64,000 nt of DNA from Parcubacteria group bacterium (GCA_016186395.1 JACPLU010000003.1:11883-75882); one strand, 5' to 3'; shown: positions 19,979 to 29,496, counted from the first letter of the stretch. Notes: generated by a model from the sequence alone, not told the origin. Translations and numbers: made by a program.

Positions 19979-20006
19979 AGAATACCCGCCAACTGGCGGG
20001 TATTCT
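19979..20006. terminator. GC-rich hairpin between the avd stop and the TR 3' end
   Basis: AGAATACCCGCCA-AC-TGGCGGGTATTCT. Confidence 0.6.
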
Positions 20007-20022
20007 TAATGAGGAGCGACTT

Positions 20023-20149
20023 CGAAAGGAACCCAGACGCGGAGCCATAGTTGTCGTTCGGGTTGCTTACGTCGTTCGTGTTGAACTTGACCTTGTCGTC
20101 GTTGAAGTTGAAGTACGGCGCGCTGCTGAACCTGCCATCAGCGTCTGGA
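20023..20149 (-). repeat. DGR template repeat (TR)
   Basis: 127-bp match to 20620-20746; 33 adenines and 7 AAC codons on the minus strand; last 25 nt are adenine-free. Confidence 0.97.
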
Positions 20150-20613
20150 AATTGCTTTTGCCCATCTATAGTCACCGGATATCGAGGCTTGCCACCTTAA
20201 CGGTCTATATCCTCTCAATCCTGAATTTTATTCGGGAGCATCTCGCAAAAGAATCTCCGCTGGGCGGAAGCAAGCAGTAGTCTCCTCAATTTGGCACTCT
20301 CGGAGAATCCGTGAACGCTCCGACTCTGGCCGTTTGATCTCTTTTTTGAAGAGAGAGTTCGGTGACGGCAATCCGAGAGCGATTCTAGTCGGGCTAAAGC
20401 GCCGACTAAGAAACTTCGCCCAGATAAACTGCCGTTCATTAACCTAAGCTCACAGGAAGTATACAAATAATCCAATTAAAAGTGAATATATAAAAAGAAA
20501 AAGAGGGCCACCCACGATGGAACTGTGGATAACCCTCTCAAAAATTTCGCCGAACTCAAGGATCAAGAAACAACGAATCAAAAGATCCAAGTGTTCGAGC
20601 GATCAAGGCCCTA

Positions 20614-21471
20614 CTACTGCGAAAGGAACCCAGACGCGGAGCCAAAGCTGTCGTCCGGGTCGCTCACGCCGTACGCGTTGAACTTGACCCTGACGTCGTC
20701 GAAGAGGAAGTACGGCGCGCTGCCGAACCTGCCATCAGCGCCTGGACTGTACTCATCGCCTGGGCAGTCGATGTGCAACTGTTCCCATTGAATGAGCCGT
20801 TCCGGATGAGACAGAAGCATGCAGTCGACGATGAACGAGCCGAGCCCGAACTCGTGAGGAGCATAGACCACGCGCATCCTTCGCACGGACCGACCCCGAT
20901 GGGTCAGGCCGAACTGGGCTGGGATCAGTAGAAAGTCGCCCTTCTGCTTTTCGCCGATCATCTGGAGCGCGACGGCTGTCCGTTCGGAGAGCCGCAGGTA
21001 TTTCGGGCCGAGCGCGCCTTTGCGGTAGTTGTGGAAGGTGCGGGTCTTTCCGATCAGGTCGAGAACCTTCTCGACAGCCTCGTTGTACGAGGACGCAACC
21101 TTCTCCCACCGCGGAACGGCGAACCAGCCTTCCGCGCCAGCGGGCAGAGCCGGAAGCTCCTTGGAGCAGGCCAGCACCGAACTGGTGTTGAGACCGTTGA
21201 AGTGCTTGGAGAGCTCCACGAGCTGTTCGCAGACCGGCTTCACGGCGTACCCTTGCGGATAGCCGTAGTTGGACTTCACCTCTTCGTTGGCGAAGAACGG
21301 ACTCGCCGTGACGAGAGGTGCCGAGGTCACTTCCTTCTCCTCGACGATGGACTGCAGGTTCCTGGCGACGAAACTCGGCTCGAGCGTCCCTTCCATGAGG
21401 CGGCGCTGGACTTCCCACATGCGGCGGGAAATCGTTCCGAGAGTGTCGTCTGCGACGATGTGAGTCGTCAT
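20614..21471 (-). CDS. DGR target (variable) protein, probable C-terminal CLec-like domain
   Basis: 285-aa GC-rich ORF, AGGAGGT SD, VR encodes the last ~43 residues ending GSASGFLSQ. Confidence 0.93.
   Translation of the reverse strand: MTTHIVADDTLGTISRRMWEVQRRLMEGTLEPSFVARNLQSIVEEKEVTSAPLVTASPFFANEEVKSNYGYPQGYAVKPVCEQLVELSKHFNGLNTSSVLACSKELPALPAGAEGWFAVPRWEKVASSYNEAVEKVLDLIGKTRTFHNYRKGALGPKYLRLSERTAVALQMIGEKQKGDFLLIPAQFGLTHRGRSVRRMRVVYAPHEFGLGSFIVDCMLLSHPERLIQWEQLHIDCPGDEYSPGADGRFGSAPYFLFDDVRVKFNAYGVSDPDDSFGSASGFLSQ
20620..20746 (-). repeat. DGR variable repeat (VR) at the 3' end of the target gene
   Basis: 15 mismatches to TR, all at TR adenines (10 A>G, 4 A>T, 1 A>C). Confidence 0.97.
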
Positions 21472-21666
21472 GATGACAACCTCCTTTTGATTTAACTTGC
21501 GAATTGTCTTGGCTCTCTTTGTCCCGCTGGGAGACTTTAGTGAGCCATATCCTGTTCCTCAGGATGCGGTCCCATCTCGGTTGAGACGAGCATGCTGGAA
21601 GTCTATGTTTTAGATGTCCAAAATGCTCATCTCAAGCCAAAACCTTATTGTAAGAACTGTATAATA

Positions 21667-21695
21667 ATTATATACTATAAAAATATTAAAGTCAA
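21667..21695 (-). promoter_or_regulatory. sigma70 promoter upstream of the DGR target gene
   Basis: TTGACT-17 nt-TATAAT on the minus strand. Confidence 0.65.
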
Positions 21696-21731
21696 TGGTT
21701 AAATATTTTGGCTATTGTTATAGTAATTTCC

Positions 21732-22778
21732 ATGGCAAAAAAACAGGATACTTCCCCAAAAACTTTAACGGAAAAGCAAAAAGATAAAGACGGAAAGAAT
21801 AAAAATATTGATCTTGCGGTAAAAGAAATAAAAGAAAAATATGGTGACGGGTCTATTATGCGTTTAGGAGAAGCGCGTAAAGTTAATGTAGATGTAATTC
21901 CGACCGGCTCTATTTCGCTTGATGCGGCTTTGGGTGTTTGGGGAATGCCAAGAGGAAGAATTATAGAAATTTATGGACCGGAATCAAGCGGGAAAACAAC
22001 TCTTTCTTTGCATGTTATTGCTGAAGCTCAAAAAATGGGCGGTTCAGCTGCATTTGTTGATGCAGAGCATGCTTTGGACCCTGAATATGCAAAAAAGGTG
22101 GGTGTAAAGATAGATGATCTTTTAATATCTCAACCGGATACAGGTGAGCAGGCTCTAGAAATAGTTGAAACTCTTGTACGTTCTGGCGCAGTGGACGTAA
22201 TAGTAATTGATTCTGTTGCCGCTTTGACTCCGAAGGCAGAAATTGAGGGAGAAATGGGGCAGCAGCATATGGGGCTTCAAGCAAGACTTATGTCTCAAGC
22301 GCTTCGTAAGCTTACAGCAATCGTAGGGAAGACAAATGTTGTGCTTATATTTTTAAACCAGATTCGGCAAAATATCGGAGTCTTTTACGGAAATCCAGAA
22401 ACAACAACCGGAGGAAAGGCTTTGAAGTTTTATTCGTCAGTTAGAATAGAAGTAAGGCGTGCCGCTCAAGTACAATCTGGTGAAAAAATTATCGGAAATC
22501 GTACAAAAGTGAAAATTGTTAAAAACAAAGTGGCTCCGCCGTTTAGAACTGCCGAGTTTGATATACTGTATGGTGAGGGAATTTCTAAATTGGCGGACTT
22601 AATTAACACAGGAGTAAAATATGATGTTCTTACTCGTTCGGGATCGTGGTATACTTATGGTGATATTAAACTTGGTCAGGGGCTGGAGGGCGCCCGATCG
22701 TTTTTAAAAGAAGATAAAAAACTGGAAAACGAGATCGCTAAGCAAGTAAAAATTAAAATGCAGACAGAAGAAATTTAA
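21732..22778 (+). CDS. recA: Recombinase A
   Basis: [44 protein letters not shown]. Confidence 0.99.
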   Translation: MAKKQDTSPKTLTEKQKDKDGKNKNIDLAVKEIKEKYGDGSIMRLGEARKVNVDVIPTGSISLDAALGVWGMPRGRIIEIYGPESSGKTTLSLHVIAEAQKMGGSAAFVDAEHALDPEYAKKVGVKIDDLLISQPDTGEQALEIVETLVRSGAVDVIVIDSVAALTPKAEIEGEMGQQHMGLQARLMSQALRKLTAIVGKTNVVLIFLNQIRQNIGVFYGNPETTTGGKALKFYSSVRIEVRRAAQVQSGEKIIGNRTKVKIVKNKVAPPFRTAEFDILYGEGISKLADLINTGVKYDVLTRSGSWYTYGDIKLGQGLEGARSFLKEDKKLENEIAKQVKIKMQTEEI

Positions 22779-22845
22779 TTTTTGTCTAAGAACTAAGTTT
22801 ACGATAGTAAAGACTACCGTATCCGTACTCATAGACAAGTTTCGT

Positions 22846-23028
22846 ATGTCTAGAAAAGTTGCAGATTGTAGGTTAATGCCGAGTGAGAAAAACTGTTCAC
22901 TCACAATTGCTGGTACAGAGGAGGAAGTTACAAAAGTTGCCGTGCGTCATGCTATTGAGGACCATGGTCATCAAGATTCCCCAGAACTTCAGGAGCAGGT
23001 TAGATCCATGCTTAAAGACGAGGCATAG
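22846..23028 (+). CDS. DUF1059 family small metal-binding protein
   Basis: ADCR..PSEKNCSLTI.G.EEEV...A..HA...HGH. Confidence 0.8.
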   Translation: MSRKVADCRLMPSEKNCSLTIAGTEEEVTKVAVRHAIEDHGHQDSPELQEQVRSMLKDEA

Positions 23029-23045
23029 ATTTTAATTTTTTGTTC

Positions 23046-23080
23046 AAAAAACAAACCCGCTTTTAACGGGTTTGTTTTTT
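23046..23080. terminator. Bidirectional intrinsic terminator
   Basis: AAAAAACAAACCCG-loop-CGGGTTTGTTTTTT between convergent genes. Confidence 0.8.
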
Positions 23081-23099
23081 AATAGTAAAAAGACTGAAA

Positions 23100-23333
23100 C
23101 TAGAACTCTGAAGGAAATCTTCCAAACTTTCTTTGGTGGGCTGACGTTGCTGGAAGTAATGCCATTTGTCTAGCTGTCTTAATTGCTCTAGCTAGTCTTT
23201 TTTGATGAGGAATACAAAGCCCAGTGTATTTGCGGGGCTTTATTTTTAAGTCAGGCATTAAAAATCTGCGCAGTAGGGGTGCGTTTTTATAGTCAAATTT
23301 TTTTCGATTGTCTTGGCAGAGTTGACAGACGAT
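23100..23333 (-). CDS. rpsR: 30S ribosomal protein S18 (not in the ORF track; apparent ATC start)
   Basis: VCQLCQDNRKKFDYKNAPLLRRFL...KIKPRKYTGLCIPHQKRLARAIKTARQMALLP; follows rpsF-ssb. Confidence 0.93.
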   Translation of the reverse strand: MVCQLCQDNRKKFDYKNAPLLRRFLMPDLKIKPRKYTGLCIPHQKRLARAIKTARQMALLPATSAHQRKFGRFPSEF

Positions 23334-23415
23334 GTTAGCGACTAGTGCCTAGCGCGACTAGTGCCTAGTAATTAAAAATGTTCTTTACTAGTTTCTAGTG
23401 GCTAGTGGCCAGTTT

Positions 23416-23913
23416 CTAGAATGGTATATCTTTTAAGTCCACACTTGTTTCTTCTACGTCTTCATCTGAATTTGTTGGCGGTTCGTCCTCATTAACTACT
23501 GGTATTTCTTCTGGTGCAACCGGTCTGGTTTGATTTCTTGCTGTTGGGTTTGAGTTTGCCGTTGTTATTGTTTTTGGTTCACCTTGAAATCTCGGACCTA
23601 ATTGTAGATTTTCAGCTACTATTTCTGTTTGGTATCTTTTAAGACCATCTTTTCCTTCATAAGATCTAGTTTGAATTCTTCCTTCTATCATGACTAGCCT
23701 TCCTTTGGTTAAATATTGATTAGCAAGTTGGGCGAGTCTACCCCATAAAACTACTCGATGGAATTCAACTGCTTCTTGTTTTTCGCCTGCCTGGTTGTTC
23801 CAAACTCTATTTGTGGCAATTCTAATCGTGGCTACTTCTTGGCCATTCATTGTTGTTCTAAATTCCGGGTCAGCAGCTAGATTTCCTAGAACGAAAGCTT
23901 TGTTGAGATTCAT
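23416..23913 (-). CDS. ssb: Single-stranded DNA-binding protein
   Basis: MNLNKAFVLGNL, IATNR, EFHRVV, EGRIQTR, C-terminal DIPF. Confidence 0.97.
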   Translation of the reverse strand: MNLNKAFVLGNLAADPEFRTTMNGQEVATIRIATNRVWNNQAGEKQEAVEFHRVVLWGRLAQLANQYLTKGRLVMIEGRIQTRSYEGKDGLKRYQTEIVAENLQLGPRFQGEPKTITTANSNPTARNQTRPVAPEEIPVVNEDEPPTNSDEDVEETSVDLKDIPF

Positions 23914-23980
23914 GGTTTCGACTAAAGTCAAAAGACTAGGGACTAAAGTTTTGGTCTTTAGACGCTAGACATTAGACTTA

Positions 23981-24421
23981 TTAAATATTTCCCAATATTT
24001 CTTCTAATCTTTTGTCTAATTCTTCTTGTTTTACTTCTACTTTTTCTTCTTGCAGTCGTGGTATTGGTTTAGGTTTGACAACAAATGTTTTCCTTGGCGC
24101 AGGCAGTTGTCCCTCCTTAATCTTTGTGGTTATTAGACTTCTTGTGATTACGCCTATCATTTTTAAGTCATTTGTAATTTCATTAATACTCGAGCTTGGA
24201 GCGGAAAAGTCGATCCAAAAAAAATCACTTATCCCTTGTTTTCTGATAGGATAAGATAATTTTGTTTTATTGTTTTCGGACACTCTAACCACAGTTCCCC
24301 CGTGGTTACTAATTTTTGCCTCAATTTCTCCTATATTCTTTTTAAACTCTTCTTCATTTAAGCCAGTTCTAAGATGCACAGCCAGTTCATAGTTTTTTGT
24401 ATTAATTAATGTTTCTTCCAT
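23981..24421 (-). CDS. rpsF: 30S ribosomal protein S6
   Basis: YEL, KLSYPIRK, R.LI pattern; first gene of rpsF-ssb-rpsR. Confidence 0.88.
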   Translation of the reverse strand: MEETLINTKNYELAVHLRTGLNEEEFKKNIGEIEAKISNHGGTVVRVSENNKTKLSYPIRKQGISDFFWIDFSAPSSSINEITNDLKMIGVITRSLITTKIKEGQLPAPRKTFVVKPKPIPRLQEEKVEVKQEELDKRLEEILGNI

Positions 24422-24434
24422 AGTCCAGTATTAG

Positions 24435-24845
24435 AACCCAGTAGTAGAGTAAAACTCACTACCGGACTTTGCTTCGACAGTATAAGAAGCGAACGAAGTG
24501 AGCGTAGTCCAGCACTAAACAAAGTTTTAGTGCTGGATTTCAGCTGGGCATGTCGTCTCCAGATAATAGCAAATTAGATGTGGATTCGTCAACTTACTGT
24601 GTGCCTTTCCACATCTGCCTTTCCACATCGGGTGTGGAAAGGCGTTGGGATAGGGAGTAATCGTTAATGAGGTACTTGCGTCGAGATTTGATGTGATTTT
24701 CGACATCGCAAGTCGAAGAGGTTTTGTTTGCGGTGTCTTACGACATTCAATGTCGTAAGAGTAAGAAATTTATGAGTTTTGACGATTCAAGACTGTGAAT
24801 TGGATCTCTAGCGGGGGTTGATCCCTAACGGGATCAACCCCCGCC
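24435..24845. repeat. Cluster of short REP-like palindromes between divergent rpsF and glmS
   Basis: TCCAGCACTAAA/TTTAGTGCTGGA, GCCTTTCCACATC (twice)/GGTGTGGAAAGGC, TTCGACATCGCAAGTCGAA (also at ~26768), TCTTACGACAT/ATGTCGTAAGA, GCGGGGGTTGATCCC/GGGATCAACCCCCGC. Confidence 0.75.
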
Positions 24846-24915
24846 CTTAAGTTTAAGAGTGGGGTTGATAATAGATTTTGGAATTCTTGAGTTTTGGTAT
24901 ATTATCACAAATACT

Positions 24916-26766
24916 ATGTGTGGCATTTTTGGTTTTGTTAGTAAAAAGCCTGTTACTGGTATAGGTAATATGCTCCAAGCTTTAAAAAAGCTTGAATATA
25001 GGGGTTATGACTCTACTGGTATCGCTGTTGTAACCCAGAAGGGAATTTATAGTCAAAAAAAAGCCGGCCGAATAAGCAAGTTGGAACCATTTTTAGATAA
25101 AAAAGTTTTAGGCTCCGTTTTTATTGGCCACACTCGTTGGGCAACTCATGGAAAGCCTTCCGATAAAAATGCTCATCCACATTTTGGATGCGATAATAAA
25201 ATTCAAATAGTACACAATGGAATAATAGAAAACTATAAATCTTTGAAGCATGAATTAGAAGGTCGTGGTCATCGTTTTAAATCCGATACCGATAGTGAAG
25301 TTTTTGCTCATTTAGTAGAAGAGTTTCTGGGACGTAAAAACGGATCTGAAATAAGATATTTCGAAGAAGCAGTAAGATTATCTTTAAAAAGAATTAAGGG
25401 GGCCTATGCCTTTGCCGTTATTCATCAAAATTATCCTAAAGTTATAATTGTAGCAAAAAATTCAAGTCCATTATTAATTGGATTAAGCGATCAGGCTAAA
25501 TACATTGCTTCAGACCCCATAGCCTTACTTCGTCATACTCGTAAGGTCATTTATCTTAATGATCAAGAGTTGGCTATTGTTACCCCAGATCAATTAAAGA
25601 TTTCAACTCTCCAGAATAAAGAGATATTAAGAAAATATCAAGAAGTTAGTTGGTCTGAGGATGCAGTCAGGAAAACTGGATTTACTCATTTCATGGAAAA
25701 AGAAATTTTTGAGGAGCCGGAGGCTGTAGAAAATGCTATTAGAGGCCGGTTGATCGTTTCTCAGGGTTTGGCAAAGTTGGGAGGATTAGAATCTGTACGC
25801 CAAAAATTAGAAAGTGTTAAAAGGTTGATTATAACTGCTTGCGGTACAGCTTTTTTTTCTGGTTTAGTTGGAGAGTACATGTTGGAAGAGTTTGCGGGTC
25901 TGCCAGTAGAGGTTGAGAGCGGTTCGGAGTTGCGCTATAAAAGATCTCCGTTTGATGATAAAAGTGCTTTGTTGGCTGTAAGCCAATCAGGAGAGACTGC
26001 CGATACTCTCGGCTCTATTAAGGAAATAAAAAAAACAGGTCTTTTAACGCTGGGGTTGGTAAATACAGTGGGTTCTTCTATTGCTAGGGAGACAAATGCC
26101 GGAGTTTATAATCATGCAGGACCAGAAATTAGCGTTGCCTCTACCAAAGTTTTTATTTCTCAATTAGCAGTTTTTGCTTTACTGACTTTATTTTTAGGCC
26201 GTCAAAGATCTATGAGTAAAAATATGGGCAAACTTATAGCCTCTGAGCTGACTTTGATACCAAGAAAGTTGAGAACTATATTAGAAAGTTCTGTCTATAT
26301 TAAACGTGTGGCTCGAAAATACTTTAAATATAATAACTTTTTATTTTTAGGTAGAAAATTTAATTATCCTATTGCACTTGAGGGAGCCTTGAAATTAAAA
26401 GAGGTATCCTACATTCATGCTGAAGGATATGGAGCGGGGGATATGAAACATGGACCGTTGGCTTTGATAGATGAGAATTTTCCATCTATAGTAATTGCTC
26501 CAAAAGACAGTGTATACGATAAAGTAGTTAGTAACATGGAGGAACTAAAAGCTCGGAAGGGTAAAATAATCATCATAACTACTAGCGGAAATAAAGGACT
26601 TGATAAATTAGCGGATGAGGTTTTGTATATTCCTAAAACGATTGAAATGCTTACTCCGCTTTTGACAGTGATGCCGTTACATCTCTTGGCATATTACATG
26701 GGAGTTTTTAGAGGTCACGATGTAGATAAGCCACGTAATCTTGCTAAATCAGTAACGGTGGAATAA
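24916..26766 (+). CDS. glmS: Glutamine-fructose-6-phosphate aminotransferase
   Basis: MCGIFG start, LEYRGYDS, GHTRWATHG, SQSGETAD, PRNLAKSVTVE. Confidence 0.98.
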   Translation: MCGIFGFVSKKPVTGIGNMLQALKKLEYRGYDSTGIAVVTQKGIYSQKKAGRISKLEPFLDKKVLGSVFIGHTRWATHGKPSDKNAHPHFGCDNKIQIVHNGIIENYKSLKHELEGRGHRFKSDTDSEVFAHLVEEFLGRKNGSEIRYFEEAVRLSLKRIKGAYAFAVIHQNYPKVIIVAKNSSPLLIGLSDQAKYIASDPIALLRHTRKVIYLNDQELAIVTPDQLKISTLQNKEILRKYQEVSWSEDAVRKTGFTHFMEKEIFEEPEAVENAIRGRLIVSQGLAKLGGLESVRQKLESVKRLIITACGTAFFSGLVGEYMLEEFAGLPVEVESGSELRYKRSPFDDKSALLAVSQSGETADTLGSIKEIKKTGLLTLGLVNTVGSSIARETNAGVYNHAGPEISVASTKVFISQLAVFALLTLFLGRQRSMSKNMGKLIASELTLIPRKLRTILESSVYIKRVARKYFKYNNFLFLGRKFNYPIALEGALKLKEVSYIHAEGYGAGDMKHGPLALIDENFPSIVIAPKDSVYDKVVSNMEELKARKGKIIIITTSGNKGLDKLADEVLYIPKTIEMLTPLLTVMPLHLLAYYMGVFRGHDVDKPRNLAKSVTVE

Positions 26767-26802
26767 CTTTCGACATCGCAAGTCGAAAGATATGGGTAGT
26801 GA

Positions 26803-27918
26803 CTATATTTTTATTTCAACCACGTCGCCTTCTTGTACGACGTAATCTCGGCCTACGGTTTTGATTACGCCCTTGATTCGTGCTTGTGACCAAGCATCTG
26901 CTTCCCGCCCATTCGGGCGAGGCTCGCCTCCTTCGGAGGCGGCAATTAGTGTTTTCCAATTTATGATTTCAGCCCTAATAAAAAGTTTTTCAAAATCGGT
27001 ATGAATGGCTCTGGCGGCGATTGGTATGGGGTCGCCTTTTTTAGCGGTCCAGGCACGGGTCTCATCTTCACCAGTTGTTAAAAAGGTTATAAGTTCAAGA
27101 GTTTCATAGCCGATTTTTATTAGTCGATCCAGACCACTTTCTTTTAAGTTAAGTTCTGTTAAATACTCTTTTTTTAAATCTTCGGTTGATTCAGATAGTA
27201 ATAATTCAAGTTTATTCGACATCACTGCATAAGAGGCGTGATTCATCAAAAAAAGTAATTTTTGATCCGGCTGCCAATTTTCTGCAATCTGTTTTTCAGA
27301 GGCGTTAAACGAATATATAAACTTTTTAGAGGAAAGCAGATTTAGTTCTTTGGCTAACTGCTTCTCGCTTTCTGAAAGTTCAAGATTTGAAATAATATTA
27401 TCGCTTTCAAGCTGTTTTTTAAATTTTTCAAGAATAATAAGTTCTGTGGAAGCTTTTTTGTCTAGTTTCGCTTGTTTTCTGGTTTTTTCTATTCTGTTTT
27501 CAATGGTTTCAAGATCGGCTAGGATTAATTCAGTATTTATAACCTCAATATCATTTTTTGGATCAACCTTATTATTAATATGAGTAATATTTTCGTCGTT
27601 AAATACCCTTACTACTTGGCAAATTGCATCTACCTCTCTTATGTGTGCAAGAAATTTATTTCCAAGTCCCTCGCCTTGGGCGGCCCCCTTAACAAGCCCG
27701 GCAATATCAATAAAAGTTATAGTGGTCGGGATTGTTTTTTTTGAATTTGAAAGCAGGGTTAATGCTTCTAATCTTTTATCGGGTACGCTAACAACGCCCA
27801 CATTTGGCTCTATTGTGGTAAACGGATAGTTCTGAATATCTATTGGATTGTTAGTCAGGGCTTTAAAAAGGGTTGACTTGCCCACATTAGGTAGCCCCAC
27901 GATTCCTATGGAGAGCAT
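26803..27918 (-). CDS. ychF: Ribosome-binding ATPase YchF
   Basis: GIVGLPNVGKST, NYPFTTIEPN, DIAGLVKGA..GEGLGNKFL, IHTDF, DYVVQEGD. Confidence 0.97.
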   Translation of the reverse strand: MLSIGIVGLPNVGKSTLFKALTNNPIDIQNYPFTTIEPNVGVVSVPDKRLEALTLLSNSKKTIPTTITFIDIAGLVKGAAQGEGLGNKFLAHIREVDAICQVVRVFNDENITHINNKVDPKNDIEVINTELILADLETIENRIEKTRKQAKLDKKASTELIILEKFKKQLESDNIISNLELSESEKQLAKELNLLSSKKFIYSFNASEKQIAENWQPDQKLLFLMNHASYAVMSNKLELLLSESTEDLKKEYLTELNLKESGLDRLIKIGYETLELITFLTTGEDETRAWTAKKGDPIPIAARAIHTDFEKLFIRAEIINWKTLIAASEGGEPRPNGREADAWSQARIKGVIKTVGRDYVVQEGDVVEIKI

Positions 27919-28011
27919 ATTTAAAAGCAAAAGTTCAAACAAGACAAGTTTTATGTTTTGTTTTGGCTTGCTATACTTAAGACTTCTTACACAACAAGTC
28001 TTAAAACTACA

Positions 28012-29493
28012 ATGACAGAAAACAATATTTTGGACAAGATTTTTAAGGCCTATGATATAAGGGGAATTTATCCTGGAGAAATAAACGAAGGTATTGTTGC
28101 TAAAATTGCATATGCAATGGTTCAATTTTTAAAACCCAAAAAGATAGTTTTAGCTCAAGATGCCAGGGTTTCTTCTAAACCATTAGTTGAAAGTATTCAA
28201 AACTCTCTTGTTGGCCTTGGTGTAGATGTTATATTAATTGGTCAAACCACTACCCCTCTTTTTTATTTTGCCGTAAATGAGTTAAACGTTGACGGGGGAA
28301 TTATGGTTACAGCTTCCCATAACCCAAGGAAATTTAATGGTTTAAAGATGGTTAAAATGGGTGCGGTGGCTATTGGTGGAAATAACGGGTTAATGGAAAT
28401 AAAGCAGATTATAAAAGATGGGTTACCTGATATGTCTTATGAGCCGCCGGGGAAATTAGAAAAAAAAGATTTATCAGAAGAGTATATTGATTTTTTGATA
28501 ACTAATTCTTGGTTTAAATCTCTTAAAATTAACCAATATGGTGAGATAAGTTGGGAACCAAATCCATATACTTTTAAAGCCGTAGTTGATTCAGGTAATG
28601 GGATGGCTGGTTTTTTGTTGCCGCGACTTTTTGAAAAAATTAAATTTGAAATTACTCCACTTTTTTGGGAAATTGACGGTTCTTTTCCTAATCGTGATCC
28701 AGACCCGACTAAATTAGAAAATCTAAGTGCATTACAGAGTAAAGTTTTAAAAGAGGGGGCTGATTTAGGGGTAGCTTTTGACGGCGACGCTGATAGGATA
28801 ATGTTTTTGGATAGGTTTGGAAACTTTATAAGAACCGACTGTATTGGTTTACTCTTAGCCCAACAATTTAATTTACCGTTGGTTAAAGAAAGTAAATCAG
28901 CTAAAAGAATTGTTTATGATTTAACGATGTCTCATTCGATACCGGAGTTTTTAGATCAATGGGGGATTGCCTCTGTAAAATCAAGAGTCGGTCATCCGTT
29001 TTTAAAGCAAAAGATGCGTGAAACAGATGCAGATATGGCTGTAGAATTATCCGGACACTACTTTTGGAAGGAAATGAATTATGCTGAATCAACTCTTTTA
29101 ACTATGTTAAGAATTTTTTCAATCCTTGCTAAGACCCAAAAGCCGTTGGATCAATTAGTAAAACCGTTCCAGAAATATTACCATAGTGGAGAAATAAACT
29201 TTGAAATTGATAAATTAAATCAAGTCGAGATTTTTAATGAGTTAAAAATAAGATATAAAGACGCAAAGATAGATGATTTAGATGGTTTAACTTTTGATTA
29301 TTGGGACCTCTTGACCTCCTTCGATTTGACTCAGGACAGGCCGCTCGGGTCAAGTTGGTGGTTTAATGTTCGACCATCTAACACAGAACCAATACTGCGT
29401 TTAGTAGTAGAAGCAGGTACCGAAAGTTTAATGAAAGAAAAAATAGTTGAGATTCAAGAAATTATCAAAAAAACCCGTTTAAATGCGGGTTAA
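28012..29493 (+). CDS. Phosphomannomutase/phosphoglucomutase
   Basis: IFKAYDIRG, TASHNP, FDGDADR, ELSGH, RPSNTEP. Confidence 0.95.
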   Translation: MTENNILDKIFKAYDIRGIYPGEINEGIVAKIAYAMVQFLKPKKIVLAQDARVSSKPLVESIQNSLVGLGVDVILIGQTTTPLFYFAVNELNVDGGIMVTASHNPRKFNGLKMVKMGAVAIGGNNGLMEIKQIIKDGLPDMSYEPPGKLEKKDLSEEYIDFLITNSWFKSLKINQYGEISWEPNPYTFKAVVDSGNGMAGFLLPRLFEKIKFEITPLFWEIDGSFPNRDPDPTKLENLSALQSKVLKEGADLGVAFDGDADRIMFLDRFGNFIRTDCIGLLLAQQFNLPLVKESKSAKRIVYDLTMSHSIPEFLDQWGIASVKSRVGHPFLKQKMRETDADMAVELSGHYFWKEMNYAESTLLTMLRIFSILAKTQKPLDQLVKPFQKYYHSGEINFEIDKLNQVEIFNELKIRYKDAKIDDLDGLTFDYWDLLTSFDLTQDRPLGSSWWFNVRPSNTEPILRLVVEAGTESLMKEKIVEIQEIIKKTRLNAG

Positions 29494-29496
29494 TTT

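Larger units (their letters stand above)
18569..21695 (-). mobile_element. Diversity-generating retroelement (target/VR, TR, avd, RT)
   Basis: All four components within ~3.1 kb between ftsK and recA; adenine-only TR/VR mismatches. Confidence 0.97.

Noticed and set aside
19963-20175. 70-aa ORF resembling the target C-terminus
   Set aside because: It is the template repeat read in frame, which is expected to be open; not called as a gene.
20525-21495. Several long overlapping ORFs (e.g. 20753-21418, 21031-21495)
   Set aside because: Shadow frames caused by the high GC of the target gene; only 20614-21471 has an SD and the VR in frame.
27919-28125. Apparent head-to-head overlap of ychF and the phosphomannomutase gene
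   Set aside because: Artefact of longest-ORF calling; the likely starts are 27918 and 28012.
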